This document shows, in pieces, positions 1-9,077 of a DNA stretch of 64,000 nt. Source of the stretch: Spirochaetia bacterium (lineage in GTDB: Bacteria; Spirochaetota; Spirochaetia; SZUA-6; Bin103); the NCBI GenBank assembly GCA_965203905.1, contig CBDBDQ010000005.1:7296001-7360000 (forward strand). Direction: 5' to 3'. The position numbers and the translations under genes are program-made. The notes below the pieces were generated by a model. It searched no databases. It worked only from the letters and a program-made list of their open reading frames with translations, and was not told the DNA's origin. How positions within the stretch are numbered: position 1 is the first letter of the stretch; every line of letters begins with the position of its first letter.

Positions 1-63
1 CTGATGGGCCTGTTCCGCAGGCGACGGCGGTACCGCAAGCCGCCGCCGAATCCCCGGCAGTGA
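1..63 (+). CDS. 3' end of an upstream gene (partial, product unknown)
   Basis: Frame 1 reads LMGLFRRRRRYRKPPPNPRQ* and its TGA (61-63) overlaps the GTG start of the next gene (GTGA coupling). Confidence 0.5.
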   Translation: MMGLFRRRRRYRKPPPNPRQ

Positions 64-491
64 TCGTGCATTCGGCAGTTACCGTCTTCGAGGCCGGTGT
101 GGAGCGGGTCGCGGAGCTCGCCGAGCTGAATCGGCAGCTACGGGACGACGAGGGCTACCCCGATCCAATGACTCGCGCCCAGTTTGTCGAACGCATGACG
201 AACTGGTTGCAAGACGGCTATCGGAGCTACCTGGCGTGCGAGGACGGCCACACGGTGGGCTACTGCCTGTTCCGGGAGACCGCCCGGTACTACCAACTCC
301 GTCACTTCTTCGTGGTCCGGGACCGCCGCCGGCGTGGAATCGGGACCGCGCTGCTCGACTGGATGTACGCCCACGTGTGGTCGGGCAAGCCTGTCCTCTT
401 GGAGGTGTTTTCGCACAATGCGCCGGCGGTCGCGTTCTACCGCGCCTACGGCTTTCGCGTTCGCACCACCGTGCTGCGGATGGAGAAGTGA
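60..491 (+). CDS. GNAT family N-acetyltransferase
   Basis: Motif A 'FFVVRDRRRRGIGTALL' and C-terminal 'HNAPAVAFYRAYGF'. Confidence 0.85.
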   Translation: MIVHSAVTVFEAGVERVAELAELNRQLRDDEGYPDPMTRAQFVERMTNWLQDGYRSYLACEDGHTVGYCLFRETARYYQLRHFFVVRDRRRRGIGTALLDWMYAHVWSGKPVLLEVFSHNAPAVAFYRAYGFRVRTTVLRMEK

Positions 492-952
492 GGGGTCTTC
501 TCCAGGGCCACCACCTCGAAGCTGCCGTGCCGCCGTCTGCCCGTCTCTCGATAGCCGCTTCCCGTATACAGGCGTAGCGCGGCCACCTGCTCGGCCGTCG
601 TCTCTACCAACAGCCTGGTGACGCCGCGTTGACGGGCGCATCGTTCAAGGGCCACGAGCAACCGAGTGCCCAGGCCGCGCCGCTGAACGTCGGGATGCAC
701 CCGCATCCGTGTGATCTCGGCACAGCGATCGGTATGTCGCTTGAGCGCTCCCATCGCGACCACCCGCTCGCCGATCACGCCGACCAGGAAATCGCCTCCG
801 GCGGCCAGGTACTCGGCCTCGATGCGGTGCAGATCCCGATCCCACTGCCCGCTCCCCGGATGGGCGCCGACCTGGCGCAACGCCAGGTTGTGAAGCCGCC
901 ACACGGCACCACGGTCCCCGCACCGATAGCGCCGGATCTGCATTCGTTCCAC
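446..952 (-). CDS. GNAT family N-acetyltransferase
   Basis: 'RMRVHPDVQRRGLGTRLL' and 'AALRLYTGSGY'; 3' end overlaps the convergent GNAT by 46 nt. Confidence 0.85.
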   Translation of the reverse strand: MERMQIRRYRCGDRGAVWRLHNLALRQVGAHPGSGQWDRDLHRIEAEYLAAGGDFLVGVIGERVVAMGALKRHTDRCAEITRMRVHPDVQRRGLGTRLLVALERCARQRGVTRLLVETTAEQVAALRLYTGSGYRETGRRRHGSFEVVALEKTPHFSIRSTVVRTRKP

Positions 953-1113
953 GAGCTTGCCCGCTCAAATGCCGAACGGTCGTGACGAACGTAAGAGAGT
1001 GCGCGATGGGGTTTCACTTGCGACGGAATCGATAGCAGGTTTTATGCTCGTAAGAGTAAAGATCAAGGAAAAACGCACTTTCGATTGCGCTGGGAAAGGC
1101 GCTTCCTACTCTT

Positions 1114-1362
1114 TCACATGCTCCCAAGCGGAAAAAATGCGTACGCGTGGACACCTTGGTTGCCTTTCTTGGACCAATCCCCAGCTCTGTGAGCATTGGC
1201 CGCGCTTGCTACAAGCAACTGAGTCTTGAATGGATGATCGACCTCAACTGCGATCGTTGCAAATCCAAGATAATTCGCCGAAAGCGGAATATCGTTGTTT
1301 TGGTGCAGTTCAGGACTTGAAATCTCCTTGAAATCGCCCAACGGAATAAGCGGAGTATTCAT
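1114..1362 (-). CDS. Hypothetical protein (82 aa), low GC, downstream of the SDH protease
   Basis: Strong RBS GAGGAGG (1369-1375) 6 nt before ATG at 1362; same strand and composition as the protease gene. Confidence 0.55.
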   Translation of the reverse strand: MNTPLIPLGDFKEISSPELHQNNDIPLSANYLGFATIAVEVDHPFKTQLLVASAANAHRAGDWSKKGNQGVHAYAFFPLGSM

Positions 1363-1404
1363 CACGTACCTCCTCGGAGCTAAACCTTTCAACATGGCAC
1401 CAAC

Positions 1405-2604
1405 CTAATCGTCTGTCATCTCGCGTTGCCATGACGTATTATATTGTACTGTCTGGAATCCTTGTTGTGGCATCGATTTTATTAACTGATTCGTAATTTC
1501 GTCGGCTGCTTCCTTAATTTGTGCATGAATCGCTGGAACGACCAACTTGTGCAAGTACTCATTGATCTGTTGCGCATCCACTGCCATATTCTCTGGGAAA
1601 GATGGAACTCCTAGTTGCACATTCGGAAGACTAACTGTCACTTGGGGAGGAACCTGTCGTAGTCGTGTAACTCTAAGGTCAGTCTTAAAGACGTCCTTTG
1701 CATGCGTGCTCTCGATAGCTGCTAGTCGTAGGCCTTCCCAAGTCTTCGCCTCAAGGTCTTTAGCGATCAATTCTCCCTGGCCTTCAAATGGGCTCTCCAA
1801 TTCTAGCATTGTCGCGTATTCAGACAAAAGCATCAGCAACTCGTCGTTTATGTCCACATCCTCAGCATTGACGGCAAAGTTAATTCCGATTTCGCGGGCC
1901 TCTGATCGTCGTATCACATGTGAATGACTGCCAATCTCAGAGGCCAGAGCGTCGACAATCCGCTTAATTTTCTCATCACCTAGATCCTCTTTTCGCATTC
2001 GGATCAATTGCTCAGCAACCCGTCGTGTTTGCGACAACAGACGGTTTATTGCACCAAGTCCTAAAGGTGGAACCTGCTTGGCCAAGTCGGAAAATGCTTG
2101 GATTCTTTCGTCAGAGTCGTTAAAACGAAATAGATCCAACAACTCCATATAGCCACGTACATCTTCCACAGACATTGGAAGTGGGTCGCCCGAACTTGGG
2201 TCACGAGGGTTGTGAGGACCGACTTGGATGGTGGCATCAATAGGTCCTAGTTCTGCCATCGGTGTCATGACTATCTCATCCGCACCTACGGCTATTACGG
2301 TGGCTGCACTGTGAGCTCTCGATGGAATAAGCACACCGAATGATCGCTCTTCTAAAAGCTCCCTAATCAGGGTAACGATGCTCCAAGGTGTATCACTATG
2401 ACCGCCGCGACTATAAAGGAAGAGATCAATTTTCTTTGAATCATCCCGGAGCAAGGCGCGGAGGTGTCGCTCAATCATCGGCAAAACATCCGGCGCAATA
2501 CGTGCTTCAACACCCTGCCGGTCACCCGTAACGTAAGCCAACACCTTGGACCGCCGCTTACGCTCAATCTCCGCTAACAGATCAATCCGTTTTGACCGGG
2601 ACAC
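1405..2604 (-). CDS. SDH family Clp-fold serine proteinase (ClpP/SppA-like)
   Basis: Motifs 'LYSRGG', 'AHSAATVIA', 'LGPIDA', 'SHSHVI'; RBS GAGGA; visibly lower GC than the flanks. Confidence 0.85.
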   Translation of the reverse strand: MSRSKRIDLLAEIERKRRSKVLAYVTGDRQGVEARIAPDVLPMIERHLRALLRDDSKKIDLFLYSRGGHSDTPWSIVTLIRELLEERSFGVLIPSRAHSAATVIAVGADEIVMTPMAELGPIDATIQVGPHNPRDPSSGDPLPMSVEDVRGYMELLDLFRFNDSDERIQAFSDLAKQVPPLGLGAINRLLSQTRRVAEQLIRMRKEDLGDEKIKRIVDALASEIGSHSHVIRRSEAREIGINFAVNAEDVDINDELLMLLSEYATMLELESPFEGQGELIAKDLEAKTWEGLRLAAIESTHAKDVFKTDLRVTRLRQVPPQVTVSLPNVQLGVPSFPENMAVDAQQINEYLHKLVVPAIHAQIKEAADEITNQLIKSMPQQGFQTVQYNTSWQREMTDD

Positions 2605-2633
2605 TATGTCCTCATTCGATTCGCCAACCTGCG

Positions 2634-2662
2634 ACTATACTGGCGGCAGCAACCCTGTTCGA
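2634..2662 (-). promoter_or_regulatory. Candidate sigma70 promoter of the SDH protease gene
   Basis: Minus strand TCGAAC-17 nt-TATAGT about 30 nt upstream of the start; -35 is weak. Confidence 0.4.
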
Positions 2663-2858
2663 TCGCTGGCGATACAGGAGCGTCTGTCTCTGAGGGTTCC
2701 CATACGTACTCACCCCCCAACGTCCGTCGCCGGCTCATGCGGCGCATCCGGGGACTAGTCCACTGAGGCTACACAAACCTGCATGAGCTGGCAACTAGCC
2801 TATCCCACGCGGCCTAGCCTGACCCAGTCCCAAGCCGTGGGTGCTCCATAGTCCTCGC

Positions 2859-4688
2859 CTAGTTGCGGGCCCACTCTTCATACAGCCGCTCCACCTGGCG
2901 CACCACCCGCCGCAGGCGAGCGGTGTAACGCCGTTCCAGGGTCCGGTCTCCCGACTGCAGCGCCCGCGTCACCTGACGCTCCAATTCCAGCTTCTCGCTC
3001 TCCAGCCGCTCGATCCGGACTTCCAGCGATTGCTGCGGAACCTGGTGGCCGCCCCCGTCGGCGGTAGCCGCAACCGGACGCCGGGGCTTGCGCTCGGCCC
3101 AGTACTCCGAGAACCCGCCCGCGAAGCGATGCAGCCCCTGGTCGCGCACCTCTACCACCGCGGTCGCGATGCTGTCGAGGAGATAGCGGTCGTGGCTCAC
3201 CAGCAATACGGTCCCGGTGAACTCCAGCAGCGCGTCCTCGATCGCTTCGCAGGAAGGGATGTCCATGTGGTTGGTCGGTTCATCGAGGATCAGGAAGTTG
3301 GCCCGGCGCTGCACCGCCGCCGCAATCTGCAGGCGGTTGCGTTCACCGCCCGACAGAACGCCGATCTGCTTGTCCAGGTCGGCCCAGGTGAACAGGTACC
3401 CCCGCAGGGCGCCCAGGACCTCCCGCCGGTTGCCCAGCCCCAAGTCGATGAACGCGTCCAGAATGGTCTGTTCAGCGGCGAACGTGTCCTGGTTCTGAGC
3501 GCAGTAGCCGACGGTCAGGCTCGGCCCGACGCGCAGCACCGGGTGCTCCCACGCACCGTGGGCAACGATGTCGCGCAGCAGCGTGCTCTTGCCGCAGCCG
3601 TTTGGCCCCACCAGCGCGACCCGCTCCCCGCAGGAGATCTCCAGGCGCGCGTCCCGGAACAGCACGCGGTCGCCGAAACGCCGCTCGTAGCCGAATACCT
3701 GCAACGCCACGTTCGCCCTGCTCCGATCCTGCGGCAACACCACCGACACCCGCTCCTGCCGCAGCTCGGGCCGCGCCACGGCCTGGCTCTCTTCCCGCGC
3801 GAGCTGCGTGCGCCGCGCCCGCAGGCGCCTGCCGTGCGCCTTGTCGGAACGCACGGCGGCAACCGCCGCCAGCCGGGCGACCAGCGCGTTGAGCTGGGCG
3901 ATCCGCTTCTGCGCGGCCACGTAGTCGGCGCGCTGGGCGACCAGCGCCTGCAGTCGGGTCAGCCGATAGTCGGTGTAGTTGCCGCCGTACTCACGGATGT
4001 GTCCGCCGGTGAGTTCCAGGATGCGGGTCACGGTCCGGTCCAGCAGGCGCCGGTTGTGGGACACCAGCAGCACGGCGCCCGGGAAGCCGGCGAGCATCTC
4101 CTCCAGCCACTCCAGACCGGCGTAGTCCAGGTGATTCCCCGGCTCATCCAGCACCAGCAGCCCGGGATCGCCCAGCAGCGCCCGTGCCAGGGAGAGCAGG
4201 TTGCGCTCGCCGCCCGACAGCAGGCCCACGGCTTTGGCGCCCGCGCCGGCCAACCTCACCCGCTCCAGGGCACGTTCCGCCTGCCACGCCGCCTGGTCGC
4301 CGTTCAGGGCATCATAGCGATCGCGTGCCGCCTGGTAGCGGCGCAGAGCAGCGTCCATCCGTTCCTCGCTCGCTCCCGCCAAAGTCTGCTCTGCCGCCCG
4401 CAACGCGTGCTCGGCGGCCGCAACCTCACCCAGCAGGTACTCACGCACGTGCTCCGTCGCCGCCGCGTCCAACTGTTGCGGCACGAATCCGATCTTGAGA
4501 TCCGGGTCGGCCACCACCATGCCCGAGCTCGGCTGCTGCACACGCCTGAGCAGGTGCAGCAGCGTCGACTTGCCGGCACCGTTGGCGCCGATCAACCCCA
4601 GCTTGTCACCCGGATTGACCTGGAAGGAGATGTCGCGCAGGACATCATGGTCTGCGTAGTGCTTCGAGACCTGGTGAAAGCTCAACAC
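2859..4688 (-). CDS. ABC-F family ATP-binding protein
   Basis: Two NBDs (GANGAGKS/LSGGE/LDEPGNHLD and GPNGCGKS/LSGGE/LDEPTNHMD), 'YGGNYTDY' linker, no TM segments. Confidence 0.92.
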   Translation of the reverse strand: MLSFHQVSKHYADHDVLRDISFQVNPGDKLGLIGANGAGKSTLLHLLRRVQQPSSGMVVADPDLKIGFVPQQLDAAATEHVREYLLGEVAAAEHALRAAEQTLAGASEERMDAALRRYQAARDRYDALNGDQAAWQAERALERVRLAGAGAKAVGLLSGGERNLLSLARALLGDPGLLVLDEPGNHLDYAGLEWLEEMLAGFPGAVLLVSHNRRLLDRTVTRILELTGGHIREYGGNYTDYRLTRLQALVAQRADYVAAQKRIAQLNALVARLAAVAAVRSDKAHGRRLRARRTQLAREESQAVARPELRQERVSVVLPQDRSRANVALQVFGYERRFGDRVLFRDARLEISCGERVALVGPNGCGKSTLLRDIVAHGAWEHPVLRVGPSLTVGYCAQNQDTFAAEQTILDAFIDLGLGNRREVLGALRGYLFTWADLDKQIGVLSGGERNRLQIAAAVQRRANFLILDEPTNHMDIPSCEAIEDALLEFTGTVLLVSHDRYLLDSIATAVVEVRDQGLHRFAGGFSEYWAERKPRRPVAATADGGGHQVPQQSLEVRIERLESEKLELERQVTRALQSGDRTLERRYTARLRRVVRQVERLYEEWARN

Positions 4689-4714
4689 GGCGATGAAACC
4701 TGGGCGCGGCGGGC

Positions 4715-5137
4715 CTACCAGCGGTCAGGAACGATCCGGAACCGGCGCCGTCGGTGGATGCGGTAGGTCAGGAAGTCGTCATGGTCGATGGTGAACACCG
4801 TACTGACTCCGGTACGGTTCGCCGTATGCACCAACGTTGCGTCGGCGAAGTCCATGGGGCGGTCGGCGTAGCGCTGCATCAATTCTTCGAGAGCAGGCAG
4901 GTCGTCATCGACGACAGGAAACACGGCGATAGCATCCGACCTGAGCAACCGCCAGGCCGCGGGCACACCTCGCGGATCGCCGCCGAGCAGATGAAACAGC
5001 TCGGCCAGAACGGCGGCGGTAGTCCCAAGTGGCAGACGCAGACGATCGAACGCCGCGACACAGCGACCATGCCACTTGTCGTCCGCGTCGAGGAAGGCCA
5101 GCAGAGCGCCGGTGTCGGCGAGTCCCTCAATGCGCAC
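4715..5137 (-). CDS. vapC: PIN domain (VapC-like) toxin
   Basis: 'LADTGALLAFLD', 'VLAELFHLL', 'MDFADATLV', 'FTIDHDDF'; GTG at 5137 overlaps the antitoxin stop. Confidence 0.88.
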   Translation of the reverse strand: MRIEGLADTGALLAFLDADDKWHGRCVAAFDRLRLPLGTTAAVLAELFHLLGGDPRGVPAAWRLLRSDAIAVFPVVDDDLPALEELMQRYADRPMDFADATLVHTANRTGVSTVFTIDHDDFLTYRIHRRRRFRIVPDRW

Positions 5138-5411
5138 GTCTGGCTTCCAACGCCGCGCGCACACGACGGCTCGCCTGTTCCGCACGGTCGGGATCGCCAC
5201 CGCGGATCGTCCCCGCGCAGCGCAGCGCCTGGTTGCGCATCCGAAGTTGGGACTCCGCGTCCTCTCCGGGTGCCGGGTTGCTGGCCAGCCAGTCGGTGAC
5301 AATCGTTCGCAGCAGATTCGCCACGCTCGTGTTGTCGGCGCGGGCAGCCCGCTCCAGCGCCTCCTTCAGCGCGGTGTCGAGCCGCCAGCTATAGATCTCA
5401 TTGTTGGGCAT
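5127..5411 (-). CDS. Ribbon-helix-helix-like antitoxin paired with the PIN toxin
   Basis: 'IYSWRLDTALKEALERAARADNTSVANLLRTIV' RHH pattern; directly upstream of and overlapping the PIN gene. Confidence 0.75.
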   Translation of the reverse strand: MPNNEIYSWRLDTALKEALERAARADNTSVANLLRTIVTDWLASNPAPGEDAESQLRMRNQALRCAGTIRGGDPDRAEQASRRVRAALEARRAH

Positions 5412-5579
5412 GCAATACACGGTAGTGCACTTCCTTCGCGCAAGGCAATTGGTCCCGGTCAACGCGGTCAACGCCTACTCGACGGAGCCCCGTCCGAGGG
5501 TCAGGAACGATGCGCCTGGGGCGCCCGTCGCAGCGGGGCCGGTAGACTCCACGCGCCGTGCGCGGTAACGTCTCGATCA

Positions 5580-5981
5580 ATGTCGATGAGGATCTACATC
5601 ACGAGCATTTTCGTGGACGACCAGGCCAAGGCGTGTGCGTTCTACACCGGCAAGCTTGGCTTCCGGGTCAAGCATGACATTCCGCTGGGCGAGTACCGCT
5701 GGCTGACGCTCACCACGCGAGACGATCCCGATGGCACGGAACTTCTGCTGGAGCCGAGCAATCACGCCGCCGTCCCGCCCTTCAAAGCCGCGCTCATGGC
5801 CGACGGCATTCCCTTCGCCTCCTTCCAGGTAGACGATCTGGACGCCGAATCCAGCCGTCTCCGCAACCTGGGAGTCGAGTTCGTGCAAGCCCCCACTGCC
5901 GCTGGCGACGTCAAGGTGGCCATGCTCAACGACACCTGCGGCAACCTCGTCCAGCTTGTGGAGACACCGCCCGACGGCTAA
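5580..5981 (+). CDS. VOC family (glyoxalase/bleomycin resistance) protein
   Basis: 'ITSIFVDDQAKACAFYTGKLGF', 'FQVDDLDAE', 'NDTCGNLVQL'. Confidence 0.9.
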   Translation: MSMRIYITSIFVDDQAKACAFYTGKLGFRVKHDIPLGEYRWLTLTTRDDPDGTELLLEPSNHAAVPPFKAALMADGIPFASFQVDDLDAESSRLRNLGVEFVQAPTAAGDVKVAMLNDTCGNLVQLVETPPDG

Positions 5982-5985
5982 ACGA

Positions 5986-6615
5986 ATGCCCCCGGATCGG
6001 GCCGACGCGACCCCGACCCCTCAAGCAACGAGACGTCAAGCAGTCGTGATCTCCGCCAGCATGGCCGAACCCAGCAGAAGCCGGGCCCTTGCACACTTGG
6101 CCCAAGATCTGGTGGCACGCGATCATCGGTGGACCTGCAGCATGATCGATCTGCGCGAGTTCGACGCCCCGAATTTCGACGATCGTTCGATCTACCGCTG
6201 GCCGGGCTATCGTCGTACCCATCGTATGGTCAGCGGGGCCGACGCCGTCGTGATGGCCAGCCCGGTCTACAACTGGGGATGCTCCTCGGAACTCAAGAAG
6301 TTCATCGAGTACGTCGGATCGACGCCGCCGGACGGGAGCTTGGTAGGCGCCCTGTTCGACAAAGTGGTGACCCTGCTCACCGCCGGCGGAATCTCCGAAA
6401 GCTACATGGCGTTTACCAACACGGCGACGTCGCTGATGCTGGACTTCAAGTGCGTAATCAGCCCCTACAACGTCCATGTGCCGGAAGACGCGTGGAATGC
6501 GCAGGGTGAGCTCGATGACCGCTCGCAGCGCCGCCTGAGGAAGTCGATGGGCGTGATGATGGAACTGGGAGATCGCCTGGCCGACCGCACGTATACCTCA
6601 GGCTGGGAAATTTGA
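5986..6615 (+). CDS. NADPH-dependent FMN reductase
   Basis: Flavodoxin-like 'ISASMAEPSRS' and 'ASPVYNWGCSSELKKFIE'. Confidence 0.85.
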   Translation: MPPDRADATPTPQATRRQAVVISASMAEPSRSRALAHLAQDLVARDHRWTCSMIDLREFDAPNFDDRSIYRWPGYRRTHRMVSGADAVVMASPVYNWGCSSELKKFIEYVGSTPPDGSLVGALFDKVVTLLTAGGISESYMAFTNTATSLMLDFKCVISPYNVHVPEDAWNAQGELDDRSQRRLRKSMGVMMELGDRLADRTYTSGWEI

Positions 6616-7340
6616 CAGTGCAAGAAAGAGGGGCGGAACCGACCCGCAAGAGGGTTGCCATCGTAACCGCGGCCAGCCGGGGAATCGGCGCGGCCTGTGC
6701 ACGGCAGCTCGCGGCCGACGGGTACTGCGTTGCCCTCATGGCTCGCAGTGAGCAGGTGCTTGCCGTCGCAGAGGAGGTGAACGGCTTCGCGGTGCGCGGC
6801 GATCTGACGCAGCCGCCGGACATTGCCAGGCTGATCGATGCCGTCGGAGAACGCTGGGGCCGGCTCGACGTACTGGTGAACAACGCCGGCGACCCACCCG
6901 GAGGCGATCCGCTGACGTTGCCCGACGCCGCGTGGTTCGATTCGTTCGAGTTGTTGTTCATGAGCGCATTGAGGCTTACCCGTGCGGCTATGCCGCTGTT
7001 GCGCGCGGCCGGCGGCGGCGCCATCGTCAACATCTCCGCCGCGGACGGGTTGGAACCGACCCTGATGTTCCCGATCGGCGGCTCGATGCGCGCCGCGCTG
7101 AGCGCCCTTACCAAGCTGCTCGCGCGTCGGCTGGCAAGCAACCGCATCCGCGTCAACTCGGTACTGCCGTGGGTGGTGCTCGACCCGGACAGCGAGTGGC
7201 GTTCGGAGGAGATCCCGCTGTCGCGTGCCGCCACCCATGCCGAGGTCGCGCAGGTGGTTTCGTTCCTGTGCAGTCCCGCGGGCTCGTACCTCACGGGGGT
7301 CAACCTCCCGGTTGACGGCGGCTGGTCGCGGCGATTGTAA
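6612..7340 (+). CDS. SDR family oxidoreductase
   Basis: 'TAASRGIG', 'LVNNAG', 'IVNIS', 'YLTGVNLPVDGG'. Confidence 0.9.
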   Translation: MTVQERGAEPTRKRVAIVTAASRGIGAACARQLAADGYCVALMARSEQVLAVAEEVNGFAVRGDLTQPPDIARLIDAVGERWGRLDVLVNNAGDPPGGDPLTLPDAAWFDSFELLFMSALRLTRAAMPLLRAAGGGAIVNISAADGLEPTLMFPIGGSMRAALSALTKLLARRLASNRIRVNSVLPWVVLDPDSEWRSEEIPLSRAATHAEVAQVVSFLCSPAGSYLTGVNLPVDGGWSRRL

Positions 7341-7346
7341 GGCGCC

Positions 7347-9077
7347 TTACTCCGGTTCCGATGCGAACAGGGTGCGGTACTTGTCGCTGGTGCGCAGCAG
7401 CTCGGCGTGGCTGCCATCCGCAGTGATCCGTCCACCGTCGAGGACCAGGATGCGTGGCAGGTCGACGATCGTGCTCACCCGATGCGCGATGATGATCACC
7501 GTTCCCAGGTAGCGCTCGCCGAGCAGCTTCTGATTGATCGACCGTGCGGTGGGGTCGTCGAGTTGGGAAGTCGCCTCATCCAGAACCAGGATCGGACGAT
7601 CGAGCAGCATGGTACGGGCGAGAATCAACCGTTGCCGCTCCCCGGCCGAGAGCCTGCGCCCCCGTTCGCCGACGACCGCGTCGAGACCTCCGGGCAGGCG
7701 CTTGACGAGCTCCAGGAGCTGGGCATCCGCGCACACCGCCAGCAGCTCGCCGTCGCTACTTCGAGGGCGCGCCAGCAGGAGATTGTCCCTGATCGACATG
7801 TTGTAGACGACGCTGTCCTGGCCGATGAGAATTGCGGTCCCCAGTGCCCGCATGCCGTCGGAAGGCCGCAAGCGGCGGCCGCCGATGCGCAACTCGCCCG
7901 ATGTCGCCAGTTGCTGCCCGGCGACGATGCGCGCAATGGATGACTTTCCGCTGCCGGACGAGCCCACGATGGCTATCCGGGTGTTGGCGGGTATGGCGCA
8001 GTCGACGCCATGCAGAACAGGCTCGGCGCCTTCGTACGCGAGGGTCACATCATGCAGCTCGATGTCGGGCGCGCGAGCAGGCACGAGCCGCGCACTCGGC
8101 GGTGGTATCTGCGGCCACCCGGCTACTTCGAAGGAGCGTTGCAGGCGCGGCTCGAGGTTGCCCAGCTCGACGTTGAGTGCGTTGATTCGATCCGCTGCAT
8201 CCAGGACGCGTACGAAGTAACGCATGAACGCAATCAAACCGCCCAAGGTCAGTGCCCCGGCGAAGATCAGTATGCCGCCGAGAAAGTACAGCGTTGCTTG
8301 CGAGACGTAGTGTTCCTGTAGGCGTCCTATGGCGTGCTGCAGGTACGTAAAGGTGTGGCTTGCCCCACGCAGCCGGTCGATTCTGCGCAGCCAGCCCGCC
8401 ATCTTCGCCCTCTGTGCCTCCTCGATCGCCAGCATGCGCACTTCGCGCCAGCCGAGCAGCGATTCGTGCAGCCACGCGGACCATCGTCCCAGCGCTTCCC
8501 GGTGCGCGCGACTGCGCACGCCGGCTTGCCGCTTGATCCACCTCCCCACCAGCCAGATGACGGTCGTGAGCGCGGTTGCGGCCAGTGCGAGCTGCCAGCT
8601 CATGGCGACGCAGACCACGCCCCCGACGACTATGAGACACCAATTGAAGATGCGCTCGATCCGCTGCAGCAGCAGTGCGCCCAATTCCTCCGTGTCGTCC
8701 TCCACCCGTTTGAGCAGCTCACCGGGGGCGTGACGCATCAGCTCGCTCCATGGGAGCCGCTGCATGGACCGAAAGACCCGCATCCGCTGACGGAAGACCA
8801 CGCGGTGCACGGCGCGGTTCTGAACCCAGATCTCCACCGCCTTGAGTATGGTTTCCACCACGTAGACCGTGATGAATCCACCCAGCAGAAGCCACAGGCG
8901 ATCGGCGTTCCGACCGACCAGGACCTCGTCGACGATCAGCCCGATCAGCGCCGGCGGGATGAGCGTAGTGGCGACCAGGAGGCCCTTGAGCGCCACCAGC
9001 AGCATGGCCAACCGGCGCGCCGGACGCAACGCGACCTTGGCTTGGCTCCGCATGCGGGCGGAAGCGTCGATTTTCAC
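7347..9077 (-). CDS. ABC exporter, fused permease/ATPase (heterodimer subunit)
   Basis: N-terminal TM helices; GSSGSGKS, LSAGERQR, LVLDEATS, IAHR. Confidence 0.9.
   Translation of the reverse strand: MKIDASARMRSQAKVALRPARRLAMLLVALKGLLVATTLIPPALIGLIVDEVLVGRNADRLWLLLGGFITVYVVETILKAVEIWVQNRAVHRVVFRQRMRVFRSMQRLPWSELMRHAPGELLKRVEDDTEELGALLLQRIERIFNWCLIVVGGVVCVAMSWQLALAATALTTVIWLVGRWIKRQAGVRSRAHREALGRWSAWLHESLLGWREVRMLAIEEAQRAKMAGWLRRIDRLRGASHTFTYLQHAIGRLQEHYVSQATLYFLGGILIFAGALTLGGLIAFMRYFVRVLDAADRINALNVELGNLEPRLQRSFEVAGWPQIPPPSARLVPARAPDIELHDVTLAYEGAEPVLHGVDCAIPANTRIAIVGSSGSGKSSIARIVAGQQLATSGELRIGGRRLRPSDGMRALGTAILIGQDSVVYNMSIRDNLLLARPRSSDGELLAVCADAQLLELVKRLPGGLDAVVGERGRRLSAGERQRLILARTMLLDRPILVLDEATSQLDDPTARSINQKLLGERYLGTVIIIAHRVSTIVDLPRILVLDGGRITADGSHAELLRTSDKYRTLFASEPE

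Noticed and set aside
2841-4766. Long antisense ORFs here and at 37158-39566, 33349-35277, 34943-36736, 39898-41793 and 57638-59182
   Set aside because: Typical high-GC antisense shadows of well-supported genes, with no recognisable motifs.
5421-5434. GGTAGTGCACTTCC as two fused cassette termini (an empty element)
   Set aside because: Only 7-8 nt per side, and more simply explained as the operator/-10 region of the VapBC promoter.
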